64,000 nucleotides of DNA from a virus (taxonomy: Duplodnaviria; Caudoviricetes): IMG/VR virus record IMGVR_UViG_3300021431_000107, positions 18,741-82,740 of that record; one strand, written 5' to 3'. Made by a program: the position numbers and the translations under genes. The number at the start of each line of letters is the position of its first letter. The first letter of the stretch is position 1. Positions 49,275-58,569 of this stretch are shown in pieces. The notes beneath the pieces were generated by a model. That model was not told the origin of the DNA, did no database searches, and was given only the letters and a program-made list of their open reading frames with translations.

Positions 49275-50207
49275 TTATCTCCTATTAGCCAACTCGTCAA
49301 GTTCTTTTTCGATAGCGATAGTTCTACTGTGTATGTCCCTCTCACGTTCTACTTCGTCCCAATCAAGTCCGCCGTTACTTAGCTTCCTAGAGATTTCAGC
49401 GTACTCTTTTCTAAGATTTACGTATTCGTCTCGCAAATTAATAACATAGTTCACGTTTGACCGATCTGTCGCTCTAACATCAAACTTTGCATCGTTTTCA
49501 AGATTCTTAGCCCTGCCATAAGCATTTTTCAGCATCTTAAACGTTTTTCCATCGTAAACTCCAGAATCATGAGGATTAACTGATTCCATATCAATTAACT
49601 TTTCGTGAGCAAACAATAGGTCATAAGTTTCCTTATACAAGTCACTTACTCTCTTGCCTTTCGAATTTAATACTTTGGATGCTACACCATCTGATTCTTC
49701 AGGATGCCTCAGATAATAATTTGCGTCTTTTCTTCCTTGCCGATTCTGTGCACCACGAATAAGGATGTCGTCCATCAGGTCACTCATGGCGTCACTTACA
49801 TCTTTCGCCGCTTCATGAATCGTGATTTTCTTAGGCTTATTCGCTTTATTCAGTTGCTCATCTACAGAACTCCTATCCATTCCTGTTGCTTTAGATATTT
49901 TATCGGCATCCAGTTTAGATGATAGCTTCCTAACAGTCCGACGATTCAGAGCATCCAAAGCATCTTTATTACCATTTATAGCTGCCTTTTCGTTTCTATA
50001 AGCTTCTCCAACTTCTTTAGCCATCTGTGCTGCTGAGGAATAGTTTTTTGCAAAGGCACCAGTTTTACCTACATGTTGATTCGGACGTTTTCCTGATCCT
50101 TTTCTATATCTACCACTACCAACTTTAGCACCGTCATCGATAGATCGTCCCTCGTGAGAAAGATACGTATCAGGAACCCAGACGCCAACTGTGTTAAAGT
50201 AACCCAT
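49275..50207 (-). CDS. Protein with the same N-terminal motif (copy 2)
   Basis: YLSHEGRSIDDGAKVGSGRYRKGSGKRPNQH. Confidence 0.8.
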   Translation of the reverse strand: MGYFNTVGVWVPDTYLSHEGRSIDDGAKVGSGRYRKGSGKRPNQHVGKTGAFAKNYSSAAQMAKEVGEAYRNEKAAINGNKDALDALNRRTVRKLSSKLDADKISKATGMDRSSVDEQLNKANKPKKITIHEAAKDVSDAMSDLMDDILIRGAQNRQGRKDANYYLRHPEESDGVASKVLNSKGKRVSDLYKETYDLLFAHEKLIDMESVNPHDSGVYDGKTFKMLKNAYGRAKNLENDAKFDVRATDRSNVNYVINLRDEYVNLRKEYAEISRKLSNGGLDWDEVERERDIHSRTIAIEKELDELANRR

Positions 50208-50218
50208 TTTGAAATTCC

Positions 50219-51964
50219 TCACTCAAATAAATCTTTGTTAAGTTTATAGGCAATAAATGCATCCATCATGGCAGCCACGTTATCAATCTTCTGATCAGCA
50301 CGAAGTTTACGAAGCTTTCTATTGCCATTAGTGTCTTCAATCGCAACACAGTTTTCCATACAGAACTGCATAAGCTGCTCATCAAATAAAAGGAGCCTGT
50401 CCTCAGCAAGTTTCTTTAACTCGCCAAGAGGTACAGACTCTGTCTTTGCTCCCTGTATTACTTTCTCAAGTCCAAATGGGCCGTTTTCCTGTTCCCATCT
50501 CTGCACAAACTCTCGTGCATTATATGGGTCAAACCCAAAGGATCTAACATCATACTGAAAATCCATAATATGCTTATCGAGATCCTCATAAACTTCCATC
50601 ATATCAAGAACCGTTCCTTCAAGTACAATAAGCGTTCCTTCTTCAATAAACTGATCATACTTAAATCTCATGGCACCTGGAAGTTTCATAAGTGTGTTGC
50701 TCGTAATGTATGACCTGACCTTAATTCCAAACTTCCCATAGCCAAGAGGGAATAAGAATGTAAAGGCGCAGAAGTCATCACCTCTGGATAAGTCGGCTCC
50801 CATAGAGCAAGGCATCTGCCAATACTCTTTCTTACGATGAGGAAGTGTCTCTTCATATGTAAAGAAGTACGTAAAGCCTTCAGACGGAATACCGAATCTC
50901 TTAGCCAGGATATCGTTTCTGGCTGAAGGAGAATGTTCTGCCTTTTCAACATCCATTCGATAGGCTTCCTCGGATACAGTCTTCCCGATATTCGGATTTG
51001 CCTTAACCCACATCTTAGGATCTGCAACTTCCTTTACATCATCTAGCCTATAGTACCAGATCGATACGTGAGGATTGATGTAGTCGCCTTTCAGGATGTC
51101 GATTAGTTCCATCTTGATATTATCCCCAGGACCGTTTCGTACAGTTCCTTCTGATGAAACAGCAAGGATAAGATAATCTGGTAATTTCGAAGCACCCTGT
51201 TCAATGGCACCGATAACATCTTCACGAATTGCTCCAGAAAGCCACTCATCAACTGAATTCACTTTGGTCTTAAGACCCTGTAACTTATCAATAGTCATAG
51301 GCCTAATTTCAAGAAGTGATCCCGTAAAGAAGTTTTCGATTCCTTTCTTAGTGGAAGCAAGATGAACTCGATTTGCTTTAGATCCCGTAGTATTATGGAT
51401 AGAACCAGCGGTTAAGAATTTAAAGAACGGACCACGAGCTCTCACAATAGATGTACGAATAGGCTGAAGAACTTCTTCTGCAAGTTTCATTGTAGGAGCA
51501 GTCGTAATCTGATGAGTAGTGGATGGATCGACATTTAAGAAGTAACTCTGAATTGTTGAAACATAAGTCGATTTTGAAGCGCCTCGACCAATTATTAGAA
51601 ACTGCTTAAGTGTGAGCCTCTTCTTAACAGTCTTCATCACATATCTTCCGGGCTTACCATCTGTACCCGGCTCGTATACCGACTTTTCTATAAAGTAATA
51701 CCACCCGAAAATCTCTTCAGCCCAGAGTTTAAACGTGTCAAGAAGGAACATGTCGGATCCATCAGTAAGTGTTAGCTCATTTTCACAGTAAGCGATCCAA
51801 CCGTCTATTGCCTTCTCGTCGTAGTAATAAATCGGACTTTCTATAAGTTTATCAATCCGATTCATCTCTAGCGAAATGTACTCATTCACCGGTATTTCTC
51901 CGCGTATTACAGCCTCCCGGAACTTGCCGTAATATTTAGGGGTTGCGGTATTAGATAGAGCCAT
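50219..51964 (-). CDS. terL: Terminase large subunit
   Basis: Walker A IGRGASKS, Walker B SVDEW, nuclease MGADLS...KIDNVAAMMDA. Confidence 0.95.
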   Translation of the reverse strand: MALSNTATPKYYGKFREAVIRGEIPVNEYISLEMNRIDKLIESPIYYYDEKAIDGWIAYCENELTLTDGSDMFLLDTFKLWAEEIFGWYYFIEKSVYEPGTDGKPGRYVMKTVKKRLTLKQFLIIGRGASKSTYVSTIQSYFLNVDPSTTHQITTAPTMKLAEEVLQPIRTSIVRARGPFFKFLTAGSIHNTTGSKANRVHLASTKKGIENFFTGSLLEIRPMTIDKLQGLKTKVNSVDEWLSGAIREDVIGAIEQGASKLPDYLILAVSSEGTVRNGPGDNIKMELIDILKGDYINPHVSIWYYRLDDVKEVADPKMWVKANPNIGKTVSEEAYRMDVEKAEHSPSARNDILAKRFGIPSEGFTYFFTYEETLPHRKKEYWQMPCSMGADLSRGDDFCAFTFLFPLGYGKFGIKVRSYITSNTLMKLPGAMRFKYDQFIEEGTLIVLEGTVLDMMEVYEDLDKHIMDFQYDVRSFGFDPYNAREFVQRWEQENGPFGLEKVIQGAKTESVPLGELKKLAEDRLLLFDEQLMQFCMENCVAIEDTNGNRKLRKLRADQKIDNVAAMMDAFIAYKLNKDLFE

Positions 51965-51983
51965 TAATCATCTTCTTTTCTTT

Positions 51984-53087
51984 TTACTTATTCCGATTCT
52001 TGTTCTTGTTTTTATTCTGATTCTGATTCTGATTCTTGTCTTTATTAGATGTTGCGGTTTCGAATAGTTCTTTTGCGCCAGTTTTAGCAATATCCTGAAC
52101 GGCTTTGTTCATAGCATTCTTCAGGTCGTTTCCGCCTTTATTGTTGCCTTTATTGTTGCCTTTATTTCCGCCTCCACCTTTAGAAGGATTTACATTCTTG
52201 TAGATTTCTTCAAGGGCACTGGGCTTATTCTGTTTTCTGTATTCATCCATTGCTGCTTCTCTAGCGTCTTGTGCTCTTTCCATGGAATACTGCTCTATAC
52301 TCTTTCCACCAGTTACCTTCTTAACAGCGGCATCATAGTTCTTCTTGATAGCCGCTTCGATAACTTTGGAATCAGTAATGCCGCCTTTAGCTGCAGTTTC
52401 TCTAACCTTTGCATCGACTTCTCTTCTAAGAGTATCGAACTCATCAATGGTTCTATTCTGCGCTTTAACCATTGCATTGTCGCCAACGTCGAACGCTTCT
52501 TTTCTATAGGTCTTATTCTTAAGCTTATTGACGATATAGCCAGTAGCTCCAGGAACAATAACATTAGACACAAGAGAAGAGGCAAACTCATTCTTTAGGT
52601 TATTAATAAAGTCGACTCTCTGCTGCTTGATTTCGCTGAACGTCTTCTTACCAATGAGCTGTTTATAGACATCTCGCTGCTGAAGCATTTTAATTCGTTC
52701 ATTCAGCTCATCATCTGACATCTGATTTACAAGACGTGCTACATCTTTAGTCTTAAATTTTTTGGGATTTCGTTCAAGCCTATCGAGTTCTCTTTCAAAC
52801 TTTTTTCTTTTATGGTTAGCAACAGCATCTCTCGTAGCCTGAGCCCCTTTAGATAAAGCAGATCCAAATTTCTTAATGGCAGTACCAATTTCTCGTCCTG
52901 TCGCTTTTGTTACTCTATCTTTTCTTGTTTCTTTCTTCTTAAACCTACTTGATCCTCTTCCGCCGCCTCCATGCTGAAACGGACGTTCTCCGGAACCTCG
53001 TGGATAACGACCAGAATTCTCATTACCTTCATGCATGAGTTCATTCTCGTCGTAAACAAGAAGGCCATAAGTATTAAAGTACGGCAT
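51984..53087 (-). CDS. Protein with the same N-terminal motif (copy 1); Asn/Lys-rich tail
   Basis: LMHEGNENSGRYPRGSGERPFQH; start at MPYFN. Confidence 0.8.
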   Translation of the reverse strand: MPYFNTYGLLVYDENELMHEGNENSGRYPRGSGERPFQHGGGGRGSSRFKKKETRKDRVTKATGREIGTAIKKFGSALSKGAQATRDAVANHKRKKFERELDRLERNPKKFKTKDVARLVNQMSDDELNERIKMLQQRDVYKQLIGKKTFSEIKQQRVDFINNLKNEFASSLVSNVIVPGATGYIVNKLKNKTYRKEAFDVGDNAMVKAQNRTIDEFDTLRREVDAKVRETAAKGGITDSKVIEAAIKKNYDAAVKKVTGGKSIEQYSMERAQDAREAAMDEYRKQNKPSALEEIYKNVNPSKGGGGNKGNNKGNNKGGNDLKNAMNKAVQDIAKTGAKELFETATSNKDKNQNQNQNKNKNKNRNK

Positions 53088-53091
53088 ATCG

Positions 53092-53475
53092 TTACTCCTC
53101 CTCTGTCTTGTAAATCCCGTCCATTGAGATATCGTATAGTAATGTCCTCTCTGCTTCACACTGGAGACGGAACTCGTACTCAGCGGCTTGCTTATTTAGT
53201 TCATCGACAAGGAAGCCGTTTGACGGTGGATCAAATAATAATTTCACCTTGATCGGGACATACATTTTGATTAGAGCAAATCTGCCAGTAGGATCGAAGT
53301 CTTCCCATGTGGCAGTTTCATCTTCTATCGTAAATGGCTCATCCGGTCCTACGCCTAACTGATTCAGGATTGCAAATGCCCCGTTAATGTAGTCGATGAT
53401 TTGTGAATCAAATACTTTATACTCAGGGAGAATCCCACTGAGCTTCTCTTTCACTGAATTTAGAATACTGTCCAT
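53092..53475 (-). CDS. Head-tail adaptor-like protein
   Basis: MDSILNSVK...LNQLGVGP...VKLLFDPP...EYEFRL. Confidence 0.65.
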   Translation of the reverse strand: MDSILNSVKEKLSGILPEYKVFDSQIIDYINGAFAILNQLGVGPDEPFTIEDETATWEDFDPTGRFALIKMYVPIKVKLLFDPPSNGFLVDELNKQAAEYEFRLQCEAERTLLYDISMDGIYKTEEE

Positions 53476-53715
53476 TTAAGTGGGCCTCCTGTTTTTCTTT
53501 TTAAAGAGACACTTCTACCAGCGTAGGTTACACATTTTCACGGAGTGGTGGGGTTCACTTTGTTGATTGGTTATGGTGCCAGTAGAAGTGTCTTTAGAAC
53601 GCAGGACTACTTTTCAGGAAGGTTTTAGAGTAATATGGTAATGCCTTTTTATTTATCAGTAATCCTGCGAATACCCCTCCAAGTTTTGAGGCTGTGGAGA
53701 GGTTGGAGAAACTAT

Positions 53716-55248
53716 TTAATCTGAAATAATATTACTTAAAAGATCAAACGGCGCAGGACTATTAGACGTGTATGATGTATATGCAACCGTTCCGCCATTT
53801 GATTCTTTAACTATTCCGTTTCTATTAGCATCGATTATGCAAGCCTGATAGTTACTAGAGGTATATCGAATAATTCGATACCAATTAGTAAAGAACCCGT
53901 AATTGTTTTGATTGACCAGCACAGCTCCTCTAATTTCAGAAACAGTATCCATGTAGTCAAACGCATTCTGACATAGAGTATCGACTATGCTAGTCCAATC
54001 TGCCCCGGTAATAGAAGGCAACCAAACTCCGTCACTTGACAAATCATCTGTTCCACTAATAATAGGTATGACGTCACTCACTTTTATAACATACTTGTTG
54101 CTTTGCGATGAAAACATTTTAAATGCCATGAATTGTGTACCAGAATTATCAATGTCTGCTATTTCTGGTGTAAAGCAAACTATAGCTTCCATCTCTATTG
54201 GTTCATTTACAACCATATCAGGCATTGTGTTTGCATCACGTCTCCAGAAAGTATAGTCTAATGGTCGCAAACAAATAGCGGGAAATATCGTTCCGATAAT
54301 TGCCGCATCGGTATACATAAATGTGAACTTAACCAAATATGTATCCCATTTTTTAATTTTACGATCTAAGAACAGTGTCCGCATTGTTGAACCACTATTA
54401 TAATCAACTCTGGATCGTAATGCGCTAACGGGCTTTGATACTGAATAATACGGTAATATTTTGGCCATTCCAACTGGTATTCTAGAATAGCCAATAATCG
54501 TATCGGCATATGTATCAGTGATATCTCTTACACGAACCGGATAAGTCGTGTTATCTGGAGAGCAATCGACTATCACATGATGCGCAAATCTGCCGATTCC
54601 AACATATATAGCACAGTGAACTATTTTTTCAAATCGGCTGCTGTATTCTTCCGCATCACTTTTAAAAAACACTACATCTCCAGGTCTAAGGGATTCTAGA
54701 TTGTATTTGTTAACTTTATGGAACAAACCGATATCATTCAGATATCCAGCAAACTGCCATGTTAGCAACCTACTCCAATTCAAAGAATCAGGTAAAGTTC
54801 CTCTATTGTTTGGATTAGTGTATACTGCATATTTGCAATACTCTTTTTCAAGATACGGAAGGCTCGCTTTAGGATATTTTGATTTATTAGTCTTGTCACC
54901 AAATATCGATTCATCGAAACCGATCCCATATAAGCACATCATAACGAACGACATGCAATCTAAAGGATATTTATTATCAACAACTGTTCCATCTTTAACA
55001 TCGCTGACAAGAGTTACAACACCGTTCGAATAATTGAAGCTATTAGGATTTCCAGCATTACCGTAATACAGTTTATCGTTATTATCGAGCCACGTTTTTA
55101 CGCATTTAAAAATACCAAGGTTATTGCACGTACTTTCCGAGAATCCGTATTTGCTAACAGAAACAGGCATGTATTCTCTCGCCGCTTTATCCACAATCTC
55201 AAACTCTTTGCCACCAGCTACGAATGTGCTCATAGGTTCTTTAGGCAT
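53716..55248 (-). CDS. Spike-type protein with NlpC/P60-like peptidase domain
   Basis: LDCMSFV...LRPGDVVFF...HCAIYVG; N-terminal EIVDKAAR. Confidence 0.65.
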   Translation of the reverse strand: MPKEPMSTFVAGGKEFEIVDKAAREYMPVSVSKYGFSESTCNNLGIFKCVKTWLDNNDKLYYGNAGNPNSFNYSNGVVTLVSDVKDGTVVDNKYPLDCMSFVMMCLYGIGFDESIFGDKTNKSKYPKASLPYLEKEYCKYAVYTNPNNRGTLPDSLNWSRLLTWQFAGYLNDIGLFHKVNKYNLESLRPGDVVFFKSDAEEYSSRFEKIVHCAIYVGIGRFAHHVIVDCSPDNTTYPVRVRDITDTYADTIIGYSRIPVGMAKILPYYSVSKPVSALRSRVDYNSGSTMRTLFLDRKIKKWDTYLVKFTFMYTDAAIIGTIFPAICLRPLDYTFWRRDANTMPDMVVNEPIEMEAIVCFTPEIADIDNSGTQFMAFKMFSSQSNKYVIKVSDVIPIISGTDDLSSDGVWLPSITGADWTSIVDTLCQNAFDYMDTVSEIRGAVLVNQNNYGFFTNWYRIIRYTSSNYQACIIDANRNGIVKESNGGTVAYTSYTSNSPAPFDLLSNIISD

Positions 55249-55351
55249 TTATTTTTCCTCCTTATCTGGTGGCATTAGTTTCGCCACTTCTTCTCTTTTC
55301 TTAAATAGAAAAAAGACAGCCGGCTATGACCCCGAGCTGTCCCTAATTAAT

Positions 55352-55585
55352 TTATTCTTCTGTTTCATTTCCTTCAGCGGTTGTAAGACTCTTATTGTAC
55401 CCATGAGACGAAATCATGAGAATGGCACCAAGCAGAGTATCGATTGCCATGATGGTTCTACTGATCTCGTCACCAAGTGGAAGATTCCAGATGCCAGCGA
55501 TTGTTACATAGAAAGTAGCAAGAGCAGGCAGTACAATCTGGGCGATAAATTTAAGGATGTCGTATACTTTATTACTCATTTTCAT
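55352..55585 (-). CDS. Holin (Dp-1-like)
   Basis: MSNKVYDILKFIAQIVLPALATFY...IDTLLGAILMISS, two TM segments; dual start MKM. Confidence 0.85.
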   Translation of the reverse strand: MKMSNKVYDILKFIAQIVLPALATFYVTIAGIWNLPLGDEISRTIMAIDTLLGAILMISSHGYNKSLTTAEGNETEE

Positions 55586-55910
55586 TGTTTGGATCCTCCG
55601 GCATGGCAAGCAATTTGTTGTAAAGGCTTGTAGCTACATCGTTTCCGCCAAGTTTATGATATGCGGCATATACACGTTTCATACTGTCCTTTGCATAAAT
55701 TGGACAGAAACCTTTCTCTAAGTACTTATTGTAACCGTTCACAATTGATTCTCGAAGCAAGCTCTGTACACCTTCAGCAATGGCCTCATTTCGCTTCTTC
55801 TCTTCTGAAAGCTTCTTTAGAACACTCCTATAGCCAAAAGCAGCAATTCCAGTGATGATAGCGAAGAGCCATTCAATCCAGTGAAGAGACACGTAATTTA
55901 CAATTTCCAT
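55572..55910 (-). CDS. Holin-associated membrane protein
   Basis: N-terminal TM segment; GVQSLLR...YHKLGGN motif. Confidence 0.7.
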   Translation of the reverse strand: MEIVNYVSLHWIEWLFAIITGIAAFGYRSVLKKLSEEKKRNEAIAEGVQSLLRESIVNGYNKYLEKGFCPIYAKDSMKRVYAAYHKLGGNDVATSLYNKLLAMPEDPNNENE

Positions 55911-55919
55911 ATAGCCTCC

Positions 55920-56450
55920 TTACTTATTTTGAAATTTCTCTTGTTCTTCTATAATGGAGACAATATCGAAGTCCATGGCTCTTTTAGATAGAAGTTCCTG
56001 TCTTGCGAATGTGAGTTCCTTTTCGGCGTCAGATAAGAACTTCTTAACAAAGAACGCTGCATCTATTTCACCCATGTCGTAAAGGTTCCTAAAGGCTTCC
56101 GAGTATACTTCAACAGCTTCTGATTCCCAGTTAATCCATTCTGTAAGAGCCGCTTCAAGTGCCTGACGCCTAACATCCGGAGTTACGGATTCTCTCGAAG
56201 CTTCTTTCCAGGATGGTGGAATCACTTCTGGATCTTCTACTCTTTCCGCCTGAAGCAGAATCGAATAGTGCTTCGATGCATACTTACAAAGCTTTATATA
56301 TCCTTTCGTTTCGGATAGGTAATGCTTTTCATGTAAGTGTGCATAGCCTTTAAGTCCCAAGAACAGATACGAATTCATAAGCTGCTCATGGGTCATCATG
56401 CCTTTAACCATGTGAGATGCAAGTGCTGTGAACACTTCTCTAATAGACAT
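55920..56450 (-). CDS. Ferritin-like four-helix-bundle protein
   Basis: Helical pattern H...E...WE.E....Y...GE..AA.F...D.E.E. Confidence 0.55.
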   Translation of the reverse strand: MSIREVFTALASHMVKGMMTHEQLMNSYLFLGLKGYAHLHEKHYLSETKGYIKLCKYASKHYSILLQAERVEDPEVIPPSWKEASRESVTPDVRRQALEAALTEWINWESEAVEVYSEAFRNLYDMGEIDAAFFVKKFLSDAEKELTFARQELLSKRAMDFDIVSIIEEQEKFQNK

Positions 56451-56489
56451 AAATATTGCCTCCACTATAATTAGTTACTTTTTTACTGC

Positions 56490-56888
56490 TTAGTAGTTTT
56501 CAAGAGTGTCAATAGCTCTATCGATTGCTCTCATAGATCTTTCATCCGGAGCATCATGTCTCATGTCTTCAAGTCTACTAACCATACGATCAACTGTAGG
56601 AGCATCAGCACGAGACACGTATCTACCGGTTGTTGCTGATCTTCCACGCCTCATGGACACGTCTGGCATGTGATCGTAGTGTCTCATGGATCTCATAGAG
56701 TGCGGATAGTATCTTTCAGAGTACTCATCTTCATCCAACGATGACATGTCACAGATTTCGTTGATCATCTCAATAGCTTCAAGAGCTTTCTTGGCTGCTT
56801 CAGCATCAGTCGGGGTGAGTTCTCCCTTTTTGTTAATCTTCTTAATCTCCTCAAGATAGAGGTCTTTTAAGTTCTCAAGTTCTTTCAT
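56490..56888 (-). CDS. Helical protein with RGRS..GRYVSR motif
   Basis: ORF in cluster; GGAGGGTGA RBS. Confidence 0.75.
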   Translation of the reverse strand: MKELENLKDLYLEEIKKINKKGELTPTDAEAAKKALEAIEMINEICDMSSLDEDEYSERYYPHSMRSMRHYDHMPDVSMRRGRSATTGRYVSRADAPTVDRMVSRLEDMRHDAPDERSMRAIDRAIDTLENY

Positions 56889-56905
56889 GTCTTCTCACCC
56901 TCCTC

Positions 56906-57352
56906 TCACGCTTCTCTTGAAACAACAAGGTTCGCATTTTGAATGTTAATAGGAATCGCAGGTGCGTCACCTGCTGCCACGTTTTCAAGTGACAGATTAA
57001 AGCAGCATCCAACAGGAACAGTAATGTAAGCCGTAGACGTTACATTAAAGTACTCATCTACTGCCGCCGGGGTTACGATGGCTCTGCTCGTCCGAATAGG
57101 TTCACCATCGATAGCAAACGCTACAGCAATCGCCTGGGCAGTCTGACCTGTCGGAACAGCAATGTTACCGTTAAAAGTTACTCTGTATCGTGCAAAGGAG
57201 GAACAAGGATTATTAACGATGCCTCTTAGAATTACAATCCCGGATTCATTTCGATGGAGTACGTACCTCTTAGTGCAACCGATGGAAGTATTAAAAATTG
57301 CAGCTTCAGAAGGTGCTACAGTCTGAATCGGGTTATAGGTAAATTCTGCCAT
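56906..57352 (-). CDS. All-beta Cys-containing protein, BclA C-terminal/C1q-like
   Basis: YRVTFNGNIAVP...AIDGEP...FNVTSTAYITVPVGCC..LSLEN. Confidence 0.55.
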   Translation of the reverse strand: MAEFTYNPIQTVAPSEAAIFNTSIGCTKRYVLHRNESGIVILRGIVNNPCSSFARYRVTFNGNIAVPTGQTAQAIAVAFAIDGEPIRTSRAIVTPAAVDEYFNVTSTAYITVPVGCCFNLSLENVAAGDAPAIPINIQNANLVVSREA

Positions 57353-57368
57353 GGTAATGCCCCCTTAC

Positions 57369-58100
57369 TTACATGCCGCATCCACAACCGAAGTTCTGAT
57401 TAGGGCAGCAATTGGGGTTCTGAACGACGTAAGCAGGAATGGCTGCAGGATTGATTCCCTGAATGATCTGTCTGGTCTGAGCTTCCTGAGAAGCGGCAAG
57501 AGATGCCATGTTAAGCTGAGTCTGAAGATTCTGGTTCTGAGTCTTAAGATTCTCAATCTTCTCCTGACAGATATCATCACGAATAGCCTGGATGCCGTTA
57601 TTCACAGCATTGAGGACTGCCTGTGTATTAGCATTATTAGCAGTCGTAACATCAAAGAGAGCATTCGTGACAGCCTGACGATCCGCGCATGCTTCCGTAG
57701 CAACCGTGTACTTAAGATCAGCAAGTCCCGCACGGTTCTCACAGCAGCAGTTCTGAAGTCCCATAGAAACCTGATTAAGAGACTGCAGAATGTTTGCCTG
57801 AGAATTGCATCTGGATACTTCAGCGTTTGCAAGAGCAGTGTTAATGCCATTGATGCCGCCCATGACTGCCTGCTGATCGAATCCTCTCTGCACATCGTTG
57901 TTCGTGGTGTTATTCATAAGGAAAGGCATAGCACCGTTTCCGTTGTTACCATAGCCCCAGCCACCATTCATGAAACCAAACAGGAACAGAACGAGTAACC
58001 AGAAAGAGCCATCGCCCATTCCCATTCCATAAGAATTGCCGTAACCATTCATAGGTCCGACAGGCATTACCATATTACTTCCATCGTTTACAAGAGACAT
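57369..58100 (-). CDS. Gly/Asn-rich protein with hydrophobic segment, long coiled coil and CCC/CC/CGC motifs
   Basis: FWLLVLFLFGF; QNCCCENR; PNCC..CGCG. Confidence 0.85.
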   Translation of the reverse strand: MSLVNDGSNMVMPVGPMNGYGNSYGMGMGDGSFWLLVLFLFGFMNGGWGYGNNGNGAMPFLMNNTTNNDVQRGFDQQAVMGGINGINTALANAEVSRCNSQANILQSLNQVSMGLQNCCCENRAGLADLKYTVATEACADRQAVTNALFDVTTANNANTQAVLNAVNNGIQAIRDDICQEKIENLKTQNQNLQTQLNMASLAASQEAQTRQIIQGINPAAIPAYVVQNPNCCPNQNFGCGCGM

Positions 58101-58569
58101 AATTACTCCTCCTTGTAGTGCTCATTTTTGGTTTGGGAAAAGGATCTGGTAAAGGTAAAGTAAAATGCTGTTGAATGATAGTGCACAATATATAGTATGT
58201 TCAAAGACGCAAAAGCCTTCTGTTCTTTAAACTTAGTCTTATTGGTAGCAAATTAGATCCTTTTCCCGATTAAATAGTTACAAATTATTCAGTTGTTTTT
58301 ATCCTTTAATTCTATTGCATAGGAATGCTTTTTCAGGAATGTTTCTATTTTGAAATTTCTCTGAACTTTTCACATGAAAGGATGTAAATAAAAAGAAGCT
58401 AAAGACAAGTTAATGCGGCCGCTGATTAACAAGACTTAGCTTCTTTTCTATTTCTATATTCTGTTTTAGTTCCACACGAGGTTATTCAGTTGTCCCAGAT
58501 GTTACAGTAAAGTGTCCGGTGGAGTTGTCATTTGAGTAACCTCACTTTCTGTTAGATGATGTTAATTAG

